The position numbers and the translations under genes were made by a program. A stretch of DNA of 32,000 bases from a bacterium (GTDB lineage: Bacteria > UBP7 > UBA6624 > JBBIMK01): assembly GCA_037444445.1 (NCBI GenBank), contig JBBIMK010000001.1:180001-212000 (forward strand), in the 5' to 3' direction. Positions 16,614-25,722 of the stretch are shown here, piece by piece. The notes beneath the pieces are model-generated. The model saw only the letters and a list, made by a program, of their open reading frames with translations. It was not told the origin of the DNA and did no database searches. Numbering within the stretch: position 1 is the stretch's first letter; every line of letters begins with the position of its first letter.

Positions 16614-18536
16614 ATGAGCATGGGCACCGCATCTGGTAAAAAATTTTTCATCACCACTCCTTTATATTATGTGAATGCTCTTCCACATATAGGGCATGCG
16701 TATACCACAGTGGCGGCGGATGCCATCTCCCGGTATAAACGAAAACGCGGGGTAGATGTCTACTTCGTTACTGGCACGGATGAACACGGACAAAAACTGT
16801 TTGAAGCGGCGCAGGGAGAGCAGAAATCTCCCCAAGCTTTTGTAGATGAAATGGTGGTCCATTTCAAGAACCTGTGGAAAAAACTCCAGATTTCTTATGA
16901 TTACTTTGTTCGCACGACGCAGGCAGAACATCCTTCGGTGGTGCAAGAAGTCTTTCAGCGAATCTACCGGAATGGAGACATTTATAAAGGTGTCTATGAA
17001 GGCTGGTATTGCGTTCCCTGCGAAAGTTTCTGGACTCCTATGCAACTGGTGAATGGGAATTGCCCATCCTGTAACCGACCGGTAAAATGGATTCAAGAAG
17101 AGAATTATTTTTTTCAGATGTCAAAATATAGAGATTGGTTGATTCAGTATGTGAAGGAACATCCTGACTTCGTTCGGCCGGAGAGCCGAAAGAATGAACT
17201 TCTGTCACGGCTGGAGAAAGAAGAAATCCGGGATTTATGTATTTCCAGACCTCGTTCTACACTGGAATGGGGTGTGCCTCTACCCATGGATGAGAATTAT
17301 GTCCTTTATGTTTGGTTTGATGCGCTATTGGGCTACACGACAGCAGTGGGCAATTTTTATAATCCACAGCAATTTGCCAGATATTGGCCGGCTGATGTTC
17401 ACCTCATCGGAAAAGATATTTTATGGTTTCACGCCGCCATCTGGCCTGCCATCTTGCGATCCGCCGGCCTACCTATTCCGGAGCAGATATTCGCTCACGG
17501 CTTCTGGGTGGTGGGCGGAGAGAAAATGTCCAAATCCAAAGGCAATGTGATGAACCCGGATGAGATTATCCAGGCGGTGGGAGTGGATGGCTTCCGCTAT
17601 TTTCTGCTCCGGGAAGTTCCTTTCGGGTTGGATGGCTCCATTTCCTTTGAGGCAATTGTCTCTCGTTATAACACCGAACTGGCAAACGATTTGGGAAATC
17701 TACATCTTCGCACCCTCACCATGCTCCAGAAATACTCCTCGGATAGAATTCCCAAACCCGCTTCCCTCACAGGTAAGGAGGAAGATTATTACCGGTTGAA
17801 AGAAAGGTTGGTAAAAACGGTGGAGGCTCACCTGGATGCTTTTGAGCTGAAAGAAGCGCTGGAATCCATTCACGCTCTCACAGCGTGGGGAAATAAATAT
17901 ATTGATGAAGAAAAGCCCTGGAATTTACACAGGTCCAATGTCGCCAGATTAAAGGTTGTTCTGCACACTCTGATGGATTGCTTGCGGTCACTTGCCATTC
18001 TCCTGGAGCCATTCATTCCCGATACATCCGAGAAGATATGGAACCAGTGTGGATTCCAGGAAAGGTTTCAGCAAAACTGGGATGAGATAGCAAAGAAGTT
18101 GGATTTGAGTGGAATAGAAATCAAAGGTGGCACTCCCTTATTTCCCCGTCTGGAAGTGGAAAAAACCACAACAGAATCCCGGAGACCGGAGAGCCAACCG
18201 CAGGGAAAATCACCCAGGATTACTCTCGCTGAATTCTCTAAGGTAGAAATGAAGGTGGGGCAAATCCAGGCTGCCAGTCCGGTTTCGGGGACGGATAAAC
18301 TCCTGAAATTAGAGGTTCGGGTGGGCAACGAAGTCCGCACCCTTGTGGCAGGTATAGCCAGAAGTTACCAGCCACAGGATTTAATCGGGAAGAAAATCAT
18401 TCTCGTCACGAATCTGGAACCCGCCGTCATCAGGGGTATCCAATCAGAGGGAATGTTATTGGCTGCTGGCGAGGGCGATGAAATAAGCCTTTTGACCATA
18501 GATAAAGATATACCAGCAGGCTCCATCATCCGGTGA
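16614..18536 (+). CDS. metG: Methionine--tRNA ligase with a C-terminal tRNA-binding (Trbp111/EMAP-like) domain
   Basis: 640 aa. Motifs: HIGH variant LPHIGHAYT, zinc knuckle CVPCESFW...CPSCNRP, and KMSKS. The C-terminal block VGQIQAASPVSGTDKLLKLEVRVG...EGMLLAA is present. Confidence 0.95.
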   Translation: MSMGTASGKKFFITTPLYYVNALPHIGHAYTTVAADAISRYKRKRGVDVYFVTGTDEHGQKLFEAAQGEQKSPQAFVDEMVVHFKNLWKKLQISYDYFVRTTQAEHPSVVQEVFQRIYRNGDIYKGVYEGWYCVPCESFWTPMQLVNGNCPSCNRPVKWIQEENYFFQMSKYRDWLIQYVKEHPDFVRPESRKNELLSRLEKEEIRDLCISRPRSTLEWGVPLPMDENYVLYVWFDALLGYTTAVGNFYNPQQFARYWPADVHLIGKDILWFHAAIWPAILRSAGLPIPEQIFAHGFWVVGGEKMSKSKGNVMNPDEIIQAVGVDGFRYFLLREVPFGLDGSISFEAIVSRYNTELANDLGNLHLRTLTMLQKYSSDRIPKPASLTGKEEDYYRLKERLVKTVEAHLDAFELKEALESIHALTAWGNKYIDEEKPWNLHRSNVARLKVVLHTLMDCLRSLAILLEPFIPDTSEKIWNQCGFQERFQQNWDEIAKKLDLSGIEIKGGTPLFPRLEVEKTTTESRRPESQPQGKSPRITLAEFSKVEMKVGQIQAASPVSGTDKLLKLEVRVGNEVRTLVAGIARSYQPQDLIGKKIILVTNLEPAVIRGIQSEGMLLAAGEGDEISLLTIDKDIPAGSIIR

Positions 18537-18578
18537 ACCCTTGAATTTACTCACTCTCACGAAAAGAGGTGAGCGCGA

Positions 18579-19967
18579 GTGAAAGCCATTGCAAAGAATC
18601 AGAGAGGAAGATATTTTGGGGCAAGAATACTGGCTATTCTCTCCATGTTTGCAGGGGTGATTCTGCCGGAAGAGGTCTCCCAAACGCTTCAGAAATTAGC
18701 CCGCGATAAACCCGATTTGACCCGGGTGATTTCCCTCGGAAAGAGTTTTCAGGAAAAAGACCTGTGGCTGGTCAGCATCACTGAATACGAGAAACATCGC
18801 AGTGAAGACCGGCCAGGCATTTTTCTGTTAGCAGGACTCAGGGGAAATGATGCAGAATCCGTCCGCCTGGCACTTTCCTTTGCTCAAAGTCTTATCCAGG
18901 CATATCCCTCCGATGAAAAAGTGAAGGAACTCCTGTCCACACGAACTCTTTACATCCTTCCTTTACTGAATCCGGATGGGGCAGAAGCAGGAAGTGCTTA
19001 CACTCGTCGTCCATTTGACGAGGACCGGGATGGAACAGCGGACGAAGACCCCGGGGATGAAAAGGATAACGATGATGATGGTAAAACGGATGAGGACGAC
19101 ACGGGAGGAGTGGACCTTGCCTTAAATTTTCCTGCTGGATGGAAGCCTGAACTGCTGAAAGGCCATAATGGTCCATTTCCCGTTTCAGAGCCGGAGTCCA
19201 AAGCCCTCGCCGATTTTCTGGTAGAACACCCGAATATTCTCCTGTTTATCAATCTCTATGGCACAGGTAACGCTTTCCTATACCCTTATTCCAAACGAAC
19301 AACCGGGAAAATTGAACCGGAGGATGCCAGAATTTACGAGGAAATGGCAAAACCTGCGGTGGAAAAATGGAAAGCCAAAAAGGCAACTCTCTCTGATGAC
19401 TTCGCTCCTGAGTCGGAAAAGGAAAATAGTCTTCTGGATTGGGTTTACCAGAACCTGGGGGCACTGGCTGTGGATGTGGGAATCAAGGATGTTCCACTGG
19501 AAGAGATTCTCCCATTCTTACGAGACATATCCTTTTTCACCCCACTCTTGCAGGTTACCTCAATAACAGTGCTTCCAGTGGCAAAAAACATTTATCGCAT
19601 AGAAGCGAAAATTCAAAACAAAGGGAAAATGGCAACTCTCACCAAATCCGCGGAGGGAAATCCTCCGAAGCAACCTGCCAATGGTTTTGGGGAAGAATAT
19701 GAAAATCGGGGAGGGCAAAATCCCCGTCGTCCTGTGGCTGTGTGGCTGAATTTGCCGTCACCAGCCGCGCTTCTTGCAGGTCCTCAACGCAAATTGTTTC
19801 CTGCTCTGCACCCGGAGGAAGAGCAATCCATCACCTGGATTGTGGAGGCTCCGCCAGGAACCGTCATTTCCCTCCAGATACAATCTGCAAAAGGTGGCTC
19901 CATCACCTACCCTATTTCAGTTTCTCAAACGGCAGAAAGAAAATCTGCAGGGGGAGAGAAAGAATGA
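18579..19967 (+). CDS. M14 carboxypeptidase-like protein, predicted catalytically inactive paralog (secreted or anchored)
   Basis: 462 aa, with a GTG start behind AAGAGGTGAG and an N-terminal hydrophobic segment (ILAILSMFAGVIL). It is collinear with the downstream M14 protein, but the active-site positions differ. HGNE becomes RGND, DLNRNF becomes DLALNF, SYHNAGN becomes NLYGTGN, and SFTNELF becomes LAVDVGI. Confidence 0.75.
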   Translation: MKAIAKNQRGRYFGARILAILSMFAGVILPEEVSQTLQKLARDKPDLTRVISLGKSFQEKDLWLVSITEYEKHRSEDRPGIFLLAGLRGNDAESVRLALSFAQSLIQAYPSDEKVKELLSTRTLYILPLLNPDGAEAGSAYTRRPFDEDRDGTADEDPGDEKDNDDDGKTDEDDTGGVDLALNFPAGWKPELLKGHNGPFPVSEPESKALADFLVEHPNILLFINLYGTGNAFLYPYSKRTTGKIEPEDARIYEEMAKPAVEKWKAKKATLSDDFAPESEKENSLLDWVYQNLGALAVDVGIKDVPLEEILPFLRDISFFTPLLQVTSITVLPVAKNIYRIEAKIQNKGKMATLTKSAEGNPPKQPANGFGEEYENRGGQNPRRPVAVWLNLPSPAALLAGPQRKLFPALHPEEEQSITWIVEAPPGTVISLQIQSAKGGSITYPISVSQTAERKSAGGEKE

Positions 19968-21643
19968 TAAGAAAAATGGGTTATGCTTTATTTATTTTTG
20001 CCTTTTTCATGGGGTTTCAATTCAATCCTGAAAAGTATTATACCTACGATGAGGTTGTAAACCTTTTAAGGCAGGCAGAGAAAGCGTATCCACAGATGGT
20101 TCAAGTTTACACCATCGGGAAGTCCCTGAAAGGGAAGGACATCTGGGCTATAACACTTTCCAATCCAAAAACTGGAAATCCCGACCGAAAGCCTGCTCTG
20201 TATATAGACGGTAATATTCACGGGAACGAGGTTCAGGGAACCGAGGTTGCATTATATACTCTCTGGTATCTCCTTTCCCGGTACGGGCAGGATAAATATG
20301 TGACCCAACTGGTGGACACAAGAACTTTCTACTTCGTTCCCATCGTGAATGTGGATGGAAGGGAAGTGTTTTTCAAAGGGCCCTCCACAGCCGACGACCC
20401 TCGTGAAAATTTCCGCCCTTATGATGATGACGGGGATGGACTTGTGGATGAAGATGGACTGGAGGATCTGGATGGCGACGGAGAAATTTTGATGATGCGG
20501 AAAAAAGATGAGTATGGACCTATGAAGACGGGGGCAGACCCTCGCATTCTGTCCTTTCGCGCCCTGGACGAAAAAGGAGAATGGCGCTCCTACTGGACGG
20601 AAGGAATAGATAACGACGGAGATGGGAAGTTCAATGAGGATCCAGCTGGAGGCTATGACCTGAATCGGAATTTCCCCTACGGCTGGCGACCCGGGAATGC
20701 GGACCGGGGCGGCTTTTATCCCCTCTCCGAGCCGGAAACCCGCTCCGTCGCCCTCTTCATTCTTTCCCATCCGAATATTGCAGGAATTATGTCCTACCAC
20801 AATGCAGGCAATATGATTCTTCGCGCTCCCTCTTCTCAGAGGGATACCGGCATCCCAAGAGAAGACATCCGATTATACGACTCTATAGGCAATGCAGGTA
20901 GACTGTTTCTGCCGGATTATCAATATATGCAAACCTTTGAAGGACTTTATCCAGCCTACGGCACTACCATTGATTTTGGCTATCTGGGAGAAGGAGTGAT
21001 AAGTTTTACCAATGAACTTTTCACGATACCCACATCACGGGAGGAAACCGGAAGCAACTGGGACCGATGGATTGCCGCTTCCCTGGAGCGACTGAAATAT
21101 GCAGACAAAGTGTTTCATGGTGAAGCCTTCGTGGACTGGAAGCCTTTTCACCATCCTCAATTAGGGGATATTGAATTGGGTGGGTGGAAAAAAATTTCTC
21201 GCCGAACTCCCCCTCCCGAATTCCTTCATGAGATTCTTTTGCCCAATACTCTTTTCACTCTTTACATTGCCCGGCTTTTTCCACAGGTGCAGATTCACTC
21301 GGTTCAGGTAAAGGAAATCCAGGAAGAAATCTACCGGATTGAAGTAGAAGTGACCAACGAAGGATTTATGCCAACCGCTACAAAGTGGGCGCAGGAAAAG
21401 GGCATCGCTATTCCAGACCGCATAGAGATAGAGGGAGAACATATTACCGTTTTGAGTTCAGGAGAAATCCACGAAATCACCGGGGAGATGCAATCTCCAG
21501 AAGCGCACAAGAGAATTAGTCTTGGAAACCTGAACGGGCGAGAAAGAAAAAAATTGGCTTTCCTGGTCTCCGGATGGGGAAAAACTCACCTGAAGTTAAT
21601 TTCAGTGAAAGGGGGCTGGGACGAAACCACCCTGGAATTGTGA
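19964..21643 (+). CDS. M14-family zinc carboxypeptidase (secreted), active-site motifs intact
   Basis: ATG 19964 overlaps the upstream stop (ATGA), so the track start at 19742 was trimmed. The signal peptide is MIRKMGYALFIFAFFMGF. The zinc motif is IDGNIHGNEVQG (HxxE). Other motifs are VNVDG, YDLNRNFPYGW, MSYHNAGNMILRAP (third ligand His) and ISFTNELF (catalytic Glu). Confidence 0.85.
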   Translation: MIRKMGYALFIFAFFMGFQFNPEKYYTYDEVVNLLRQAEKAYPQMVQVYTIGKSLKGKDIWAITLSNPKTGNPDRKPALYIDGNIHGNEVQGTEVALYTLWYLLSRYGQDKYVTQLVDTRTFYFVPIVNVDGREVFFKGPSTADDPRENFRPYDDDGDGLVDEDGLEDLDGDGEILMMRKKDEYGPMKTGADPRILSFRALDEKGEWRSYWTEGIDNDGDGKFNEDPAGGYDLNRNFPYGWRPGNADRGGFYPLSEPETRSVALFILSHPNIAGIMSYHNAGNMILRAPSSQRDTGIPREDIRLYDSIGNAGRLFLPDYQYMQTFEGLYPAYGTTIDFGYLGEGVISFTNELFTIPTSREETGSNWDRWIAASLERLKYADKVFHGEAFVDWKPFHHPQLGDIELGGWKKISRRTPPPEFLHEILLPNTLFTLYIARLFPQVQIHSVQVKEIQEEIYRIEVEVTNEGFMPTATKWAQEKGIAIPDRIEIEGEHITVLSSGEIHEITGEMQSPEAHKRISLGNLNGRERKKLAFLVSGWGKTHLKLISVKGGWDETTLEL

Positions 21644-21656
21644 TTTCAGATATGGT

Positions 21657-23663
21657 TTATTTCCCTGAATTCCGCAAGTATTTTTTGAACCAGGCGAGGA
21701 TAAATTGAAGGCGCTGAATCCGGTGTTTAGGTTTACCGCTTCGGGAAAGTTCGTGGTTCTCTCCGGGAAATCGGACCAATTCCACCTCTCTTTTTCGCAT
21801 TTTTAATGCCACAAATAGTTGTTCCGCCTGCTCGACAGGGCATCTCCAGTCTTCCTCAGAATGGAGAATCAAAAGTGGGGTAGTCATTTTTTTTACATAT
21901 CGGATGGGAGAGCGCTTCAGGAATTCCTCTTCATTTTCCCAGGGATTCCAGCCCACTTCCTCTTTCCCGAATAAGTATCCGATGTCGCTGGTGCCATAGA
22001 AGGAATAGAAATTAGAGATAGAGCGCTGGGTGACAGCAGCCTTGAAACGGTTCGTATGGCCCACAATCCAGTTCGTCATAAACCCTCCATAGGAGCCACC
22101 GGTGACACCCAGATTTCGGGAATCTATCCATGGATATTTTTTCAATACATAATCCAAGGCTTGCATTAAATCTTTATAATCTCTTTCTCCATATTTTCTG
22201 TGGATGGCATAAGCAAAATCTTCCCCATAGCCAATACTTCCCCGGGGGTTCGTATAAATCACGGCAAAACCGGCGGAAGCCAGAAGTTGAAATTCAAAAA
22301 AAATCGCCTCACCGTATGCGGTTCTGGGGCCTCCGTGAATCTGCAAGATGGCTGGCACTTTCTGGCGCTTCTGACGGGGGGGCGAAAGGATCCATCCCTC
22401 AATTTTTTCCCCGTCGTCTGCCGTAAAAGATAAATGTTCCGGTGAAAAAATTCTCTTTTTAGAAAGGAATTTATCGTTGAAGTGAGTGAGTCGGCGCTCA
22501 CCGCCCTGGCCTTTCACCCACACCTCCGCAGGGTGTGTGGCGTCCATCCGACTCAATGCCATCTGATTGAAATTTCGCGAGAAACTAAAAGACTCAATGG
22601 TGTGATTCCCCTCTGTAAAGGGTTTCACCTTTTTCTGGTCAGGATGAAGTGTGAAAATCTGACAACGGCCTCCATCCGTAGCAAGGAAGTAAATCATAGA
22701 ACCATCGGGAGAGAAAATAAGACCGGGGTCAGGCGAAGCCACGCGACAATCGTTGATGACATGATTCCCCACACTTCTGTTAAATGAACCGGTAAGAAGA
22801 ACCGCTTCACCTCCTTTGACAGGCACTTTCCAGATTCCCACATTGGTAGAAAAAGACTTTCGCATATCATGCCCGGTGTAGGCAATCCACTGACCATCGG
22901 GCGACCAGGAAAGTTGAAGAATGGGACCCTGGCTACGGGTAATTTGAACGGGCTCTCCCCCTGTGGAAAGCAAAATAAAGATATCACGAACCGCCGTGTA
23001 ATCCGCTTCATCCGTCCGATTGGCAATAAAAGCGATGGAGGAACCATCAGGGCTAAAGGTGGCGTAATCCACATCATAATCCCCCGAGGTAAGACGAACT
23101 GGCTTACCACCCTTGAGTCCTATGTTATAGATATGTTGACGGCGGTTGTGAAAATATCCTTCTGCATTCAACCGGTAGAATACCCGGCGAATCACTTTCA
23201 CATCACTTCTTTTCTTAGGGTCCTTCGGCTCATCCGGTGGAGAAGAAAGAAAAAGGATTCTCCTCCCATCGGGTGACCATTGAGGCAGTTGGACTCCGCC
23301 GGGGATGTCCGTCAGTTGCCTTGCCTCGCCGCCCGTTGAAGGAATGACCCATAACTGGGCCCCTTTCAGAACATTCTTTGCAGAAGTTCCCTTTTCTTCT
23401 TCACGAGTGGATAGAAAAAGGAGATACTGCCCATCGGGAGACCATCGGGGATACATATCCCGTCCTTCTCCTGAGGTGAACCGATAAGGAGCGCCTCTAC
23501 GAGTGGATACTACCCAGATATGGCTTTCATAAGTGTCCTTTTCTTCATTCGGATGGACCCGGGTAAGAACAAAAGCCACCCGCTTTCCATCCGGTGAAAT
23601 CTGAGCATCTGAAACCCATTGGAACTTCCTTAAATCCTCAGCAACCAGTTTGCTCTTTCCCAT
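21657..23663 (-). CDS. S9-family serine peptidase (prolyl oligopeptidase / acylaminoacyl-peptidase type)
   Basis: 668 aa. The N-terminal beta-propeller has repeated SPDG motifs (ISPDGKRVAF, WSPDGQYL, WSPDGRRIL, FSPDGSSIAF, WSPDGQWIAY, FSPDGSMIYF). The C-terminal hydrolase has the nucleophile elbow VTGGSYGGFM, then HSEEDWRCP and GENHELS. A strong GAAGGAGAG SD is present and there is no signal peptide. Confidence 0.9.
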   Translation of the reverse strand: MGKSKLVAEDLRKFQWVSDAQISPDGKRVAFVLTRVHPNEEKDTYESHIWVVSTRRGAPYRFTSGEGRDMYPRWSPDGQYLLFLSTREEEKGTSAKNVLKGAQLWVIPSTGGEARQLTDIPGGVQLPQWSPDGRRILFLSSPPDEPKDPKKRSDVKVIRRVFYRLNAEGYFHNRRQHIYNIGLKGGKPVRLTSGDYDVDYATFSPDGSSIAFIANRTDEADYTAVRDIFILLSTGGEPVQITRSQGPILQLSWSPDGQWIAYTGHDMRKSFSTNVGIWKVPVKGGEAVLLTGSFNRSVGNHVINDCRVASPDPGLIFSPDGSMIYFLATDGGRCQIFTLHPDQKKVKPFTEGNHTIESFSFSRNFNQMALSRMDATHPAEVWVKGQGGERRLTHFNDKFLSKKRIFSPEHLSFTADDGEKIEGWILSPPRQKRQKVPAILQIHGGPRTAYGEAIFFEFQLLASAGFAVIYTNPRGSIGYGEDFAYAIHRKYGERDYKDLMQALDYVLKKYPWIDSRNLGVTGGSYGGFMTNWIVGHTNRFKAAVTQRSISNFYSFYGTSDIGYLFGKEEVGWNPWENEEEFLKRSPIRYVKKMTTPLLILHSEEDWRCPVEQAEQLFVALKMRKREVELVRFPGENHELSRSGKPKHRIQRLQFILAWFKKYLRNSGK

Positions 23664-23708
23664 TTTTCTCTCCTTCTTTTAAACCCGGGTCATAATGACC
23701 GAAAAGTA

Positions 23709-23736
23709 ATTGTAACCCAAATCACGGAAATCACAA
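23709..23736 (-). promoter_or_regulatory. Candidate promoter for the S9 peptidase gene
   Basis: The minus strand reads TTGTGA (23736-23731), a 16-nt spacer, then TACAAT (23714-23709), about 45 nt upstream of the ATG at 23663. This rests on motif match only. Confidence 0.3.
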
Positions 23737-23824
23737 ATACCGCAGGTGAAATCTAACTGACGAAAACCCTCGCTGCCATGGCAATCCCCCGTTTTGTCCC
23801 GTTATTGCGAGCATAAGCACGGAA

Positions 23825-25687
23825 ATGGAGAATGAAGAGTATGAAAAGGGACTGGTTGTAAAATATATTCAGAAGGTGCAAGGGCTGGAGCATATTCGGA
23901 ATTTTGCCATCATTGCGCACATTGACCACGGGAAATCCACGCTGGCAGACCGATTGCTGGAACTTACAGGCACCGTGGAAAAGAGAAAAATGGTGGAGCA
24001 GTTTTTGGACAGAATGGACCTGGAGCGAGAGCGAGGAATAACGATTAAAGCCCAGCCGGTTCGGATGCTTTATACCGCCAGGAACGGAAAGGTGCACCAA
24101 TTGAATTTGATTGATACACCCGGTCATGTGGATTTTTCTTACGAAGTTTCCCGAAGTCTTGCCGCCTGTGAAGGAGTTCTACTGGTGGTGGATGCATCTC
24201 AGGGAATGGAAGCCCAGACCATCGCGAATCTGCACCTGGCATTGGAGCAAGGGCTGGAAGTCATTCCAGTAATCAATAAAATTGACCTAACTATTTCAAA
24301 TCCGGACGAGGTTCGTAAGGAAGTTGCAGAATATCTGGGAATTTCACCCGAGATTCCACTTCTGGTCAGTGCAAAGGAAGGCACAGGGGTCCACGCAGTT
24401 TTGGAGAAAATTGTAGAGAGTATTCCACCTCCGAAAGGGGACCTGAATGCTCCGTTGAAAGCCCTGGTTTTTGGCTCGGAATATGATGTATATCGTGGCA
24501 TAGTGGCTCATATCCGGATTTTTGACGGTAAATTAAGCCTTCATCAAGAGATGTTATTTCTTTCCACCGGCGTCCACACCGAAGCCCTGGAAGTTGGAAT
24601 CTTTACGCCGGAGTATACACCTACGGGAGAATTGAAGGCGGGAGAGGTAGGATATGTAGTGACAAACTTGAAGGAGATTTCAGTGTGCCGAGTGGGCGAC
24701 ACGCTAACGGAAGCCAGACGCCCCACTTCCAGCCCTCTTCCAGGATTTCAGAAAGTGAAACCCATGGTTTTCTGTGGGCTGTATCCAGCCCAGGAAGAGG
24801 ATTATGAGAAAGTGCGGGAAGCCCTGGAAAAACTGTCGCTCAATGACCCTTCATTCACCTACGAACCGGAGCGTTCTCCCGTGCTGGGGTTTGGATTCCG
24901 CTGCGGGTTTCTTGGGCTCCTGCACATGGAAATCGTGCAGGAGCGACTGGAGCGGGAATTCAGCCTGGATCTGGTGGCAACTTTACCCAATGTGGGATTA
25001 AAAGTGATTCTACGAAATGGGAAGGTTCAGGAGGTAGAAAATCCTGCCCTTTTACCTTCTGGTGGCGAAATTCTGAGGATTGAAGAGCCTTATATGAGAG
25101 CCCATATCACAGCGCCCGCAGAGTATATCGGCGCCGTGATGGGATTGATGTGCCAGCGCAGAACGGATTTTATTAAAATGGAATATATGGGACCTCGCCG
25201 GGTTCTCCTCCAGTATTTGGTTCCTTTAGCTGAAGTCATCGTAGATTTATCTCCACGGTTGAAATCGGTCAGCCATGGCTATGCATCTTTAGATTATGTC
25301 TATGAAAGCCACCGTCCTTCAGACCTGGTTCGCCTGGATGTGCTGGTAAAAGGTAAGATGGTAGATGGGCTCTGCCTGATGGTTCCACGAGAGCAAGCCT
25401 ATATGAAAGGGAAGGAGGTTGTACAAAGACTGAAAGAGGAGATTCCGAGGCATCTGTTTGAAGTGCCCATTCAGGCGGCTATAGGTGGGAGAGTCATTGC
25501 CCGTGAAACCATCCCTGCTTTGCGGAAACATGTTACAGGAAAATGCTATGGTGGCGACATCACCCGAAAAAGGAAGTTATGGGAGAAACAGCGGGCTGGG
25601 AAAAAAAGAATGAAAATCATCGGAGAAGTGGAAATTCCTCAAAACGCTTTTCTATCGGTTCTGAGAAGAAAAGAAAACACTTCCTGA
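23825..25687 (+). CDS. lepA: Translation elongation factor 4 (LepA)
   Basis: 620 aa with IRNFAIIAHIDHGKSTLADRLL, LIDTPGHVDF and NKIDL. The LepA-specific C-terminal domain ends ...GKKRMKIIGEVEIPQNAFLSVL. The in-frame GTG at 23876 is an alternative start that would give a more typical N-terminal length. Confidence 0.95.
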   Translation: MENEEYEKGLVVKYIQKVQGLEHIRNFAIIAHIDHGKSTLADRLLELTGTVEKRKMVEQFLDRMDLERERGITIKAQPVRMLYTARNGKVHQLNLIDTPGHVDFSYEVSRSLAACEGVLLVVDASQGMEAQTIANLHLALEQGLEVIPVINKIDLTISNPDEVRKEVAEYLGISPEIPLLVSAKEGTGVHAVLEKIVESIPPPKGDLNAPLKALVFGSEYDVYRGIVAHIRIFDGKLSLHQEMLFLSTGVHTEALEVGIFTPEYTPTGELKAGEVGYVVTNLKEISVCRVGDTLTEARRPTSSPLPGFQKVKPMVFCGLYPAQEEDYEKVREALEKLSLNDPSFTYEPERSPVLGFGFRCGFLGLLHMEIVQERLEREFSLDLVATLPNVGLKVILRNGKVQEVENPALLPSGGEILRIEEPYMRAHITAPAEYIGAVMGLMCQRRTDFIKMEYMGPRRVLLQYLVPLAEVIVDLSPRLKSVSHGYASLDYVYESHRPSDLVRLDVLVKGKMVDGLCLMVPREQAYMKGKEVVQRLKEEIPRHLFEVPIQAAIGGRVIARETIPALRKHVTGKCYGGDITRKRKLWEKQRAGKKRMKIIGEVEIPQNAFLSVLRRKENTS

Positions 25688-25722
25688 TGAAAAAGCGAGT
25701 TTCGGGCATCTGAAATTCTGTG

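Noticed and set aside
18552-18581. Imperfect hairpin (CACTC-TCAC ... GTGA-gcgc-GAGTG) covering the SD and GTG start of the first M14 gene
   Set aside because: The stems are only 4-5 bp with an internal bulge, and I cannot compute its stability here. It could modulate translation, but it cannot be distinguished from chance complementarity.
19742-19963. 74-codon N-terminal extension of the second M14 ORF
   Set aside because: It lies out of frame over the well-conserved C-terminal domain of the first M14 paralog. ATG 19964 gives a proper signal peptide and an ATGA stop/start junction.
20252-20800. 182-aa minus-strand ORF inside the intact M14 gene
   Set aside because: It is an antisense shadow ORF with no recognisable domain. 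The plus-strand frame carries all the M14 motifs.
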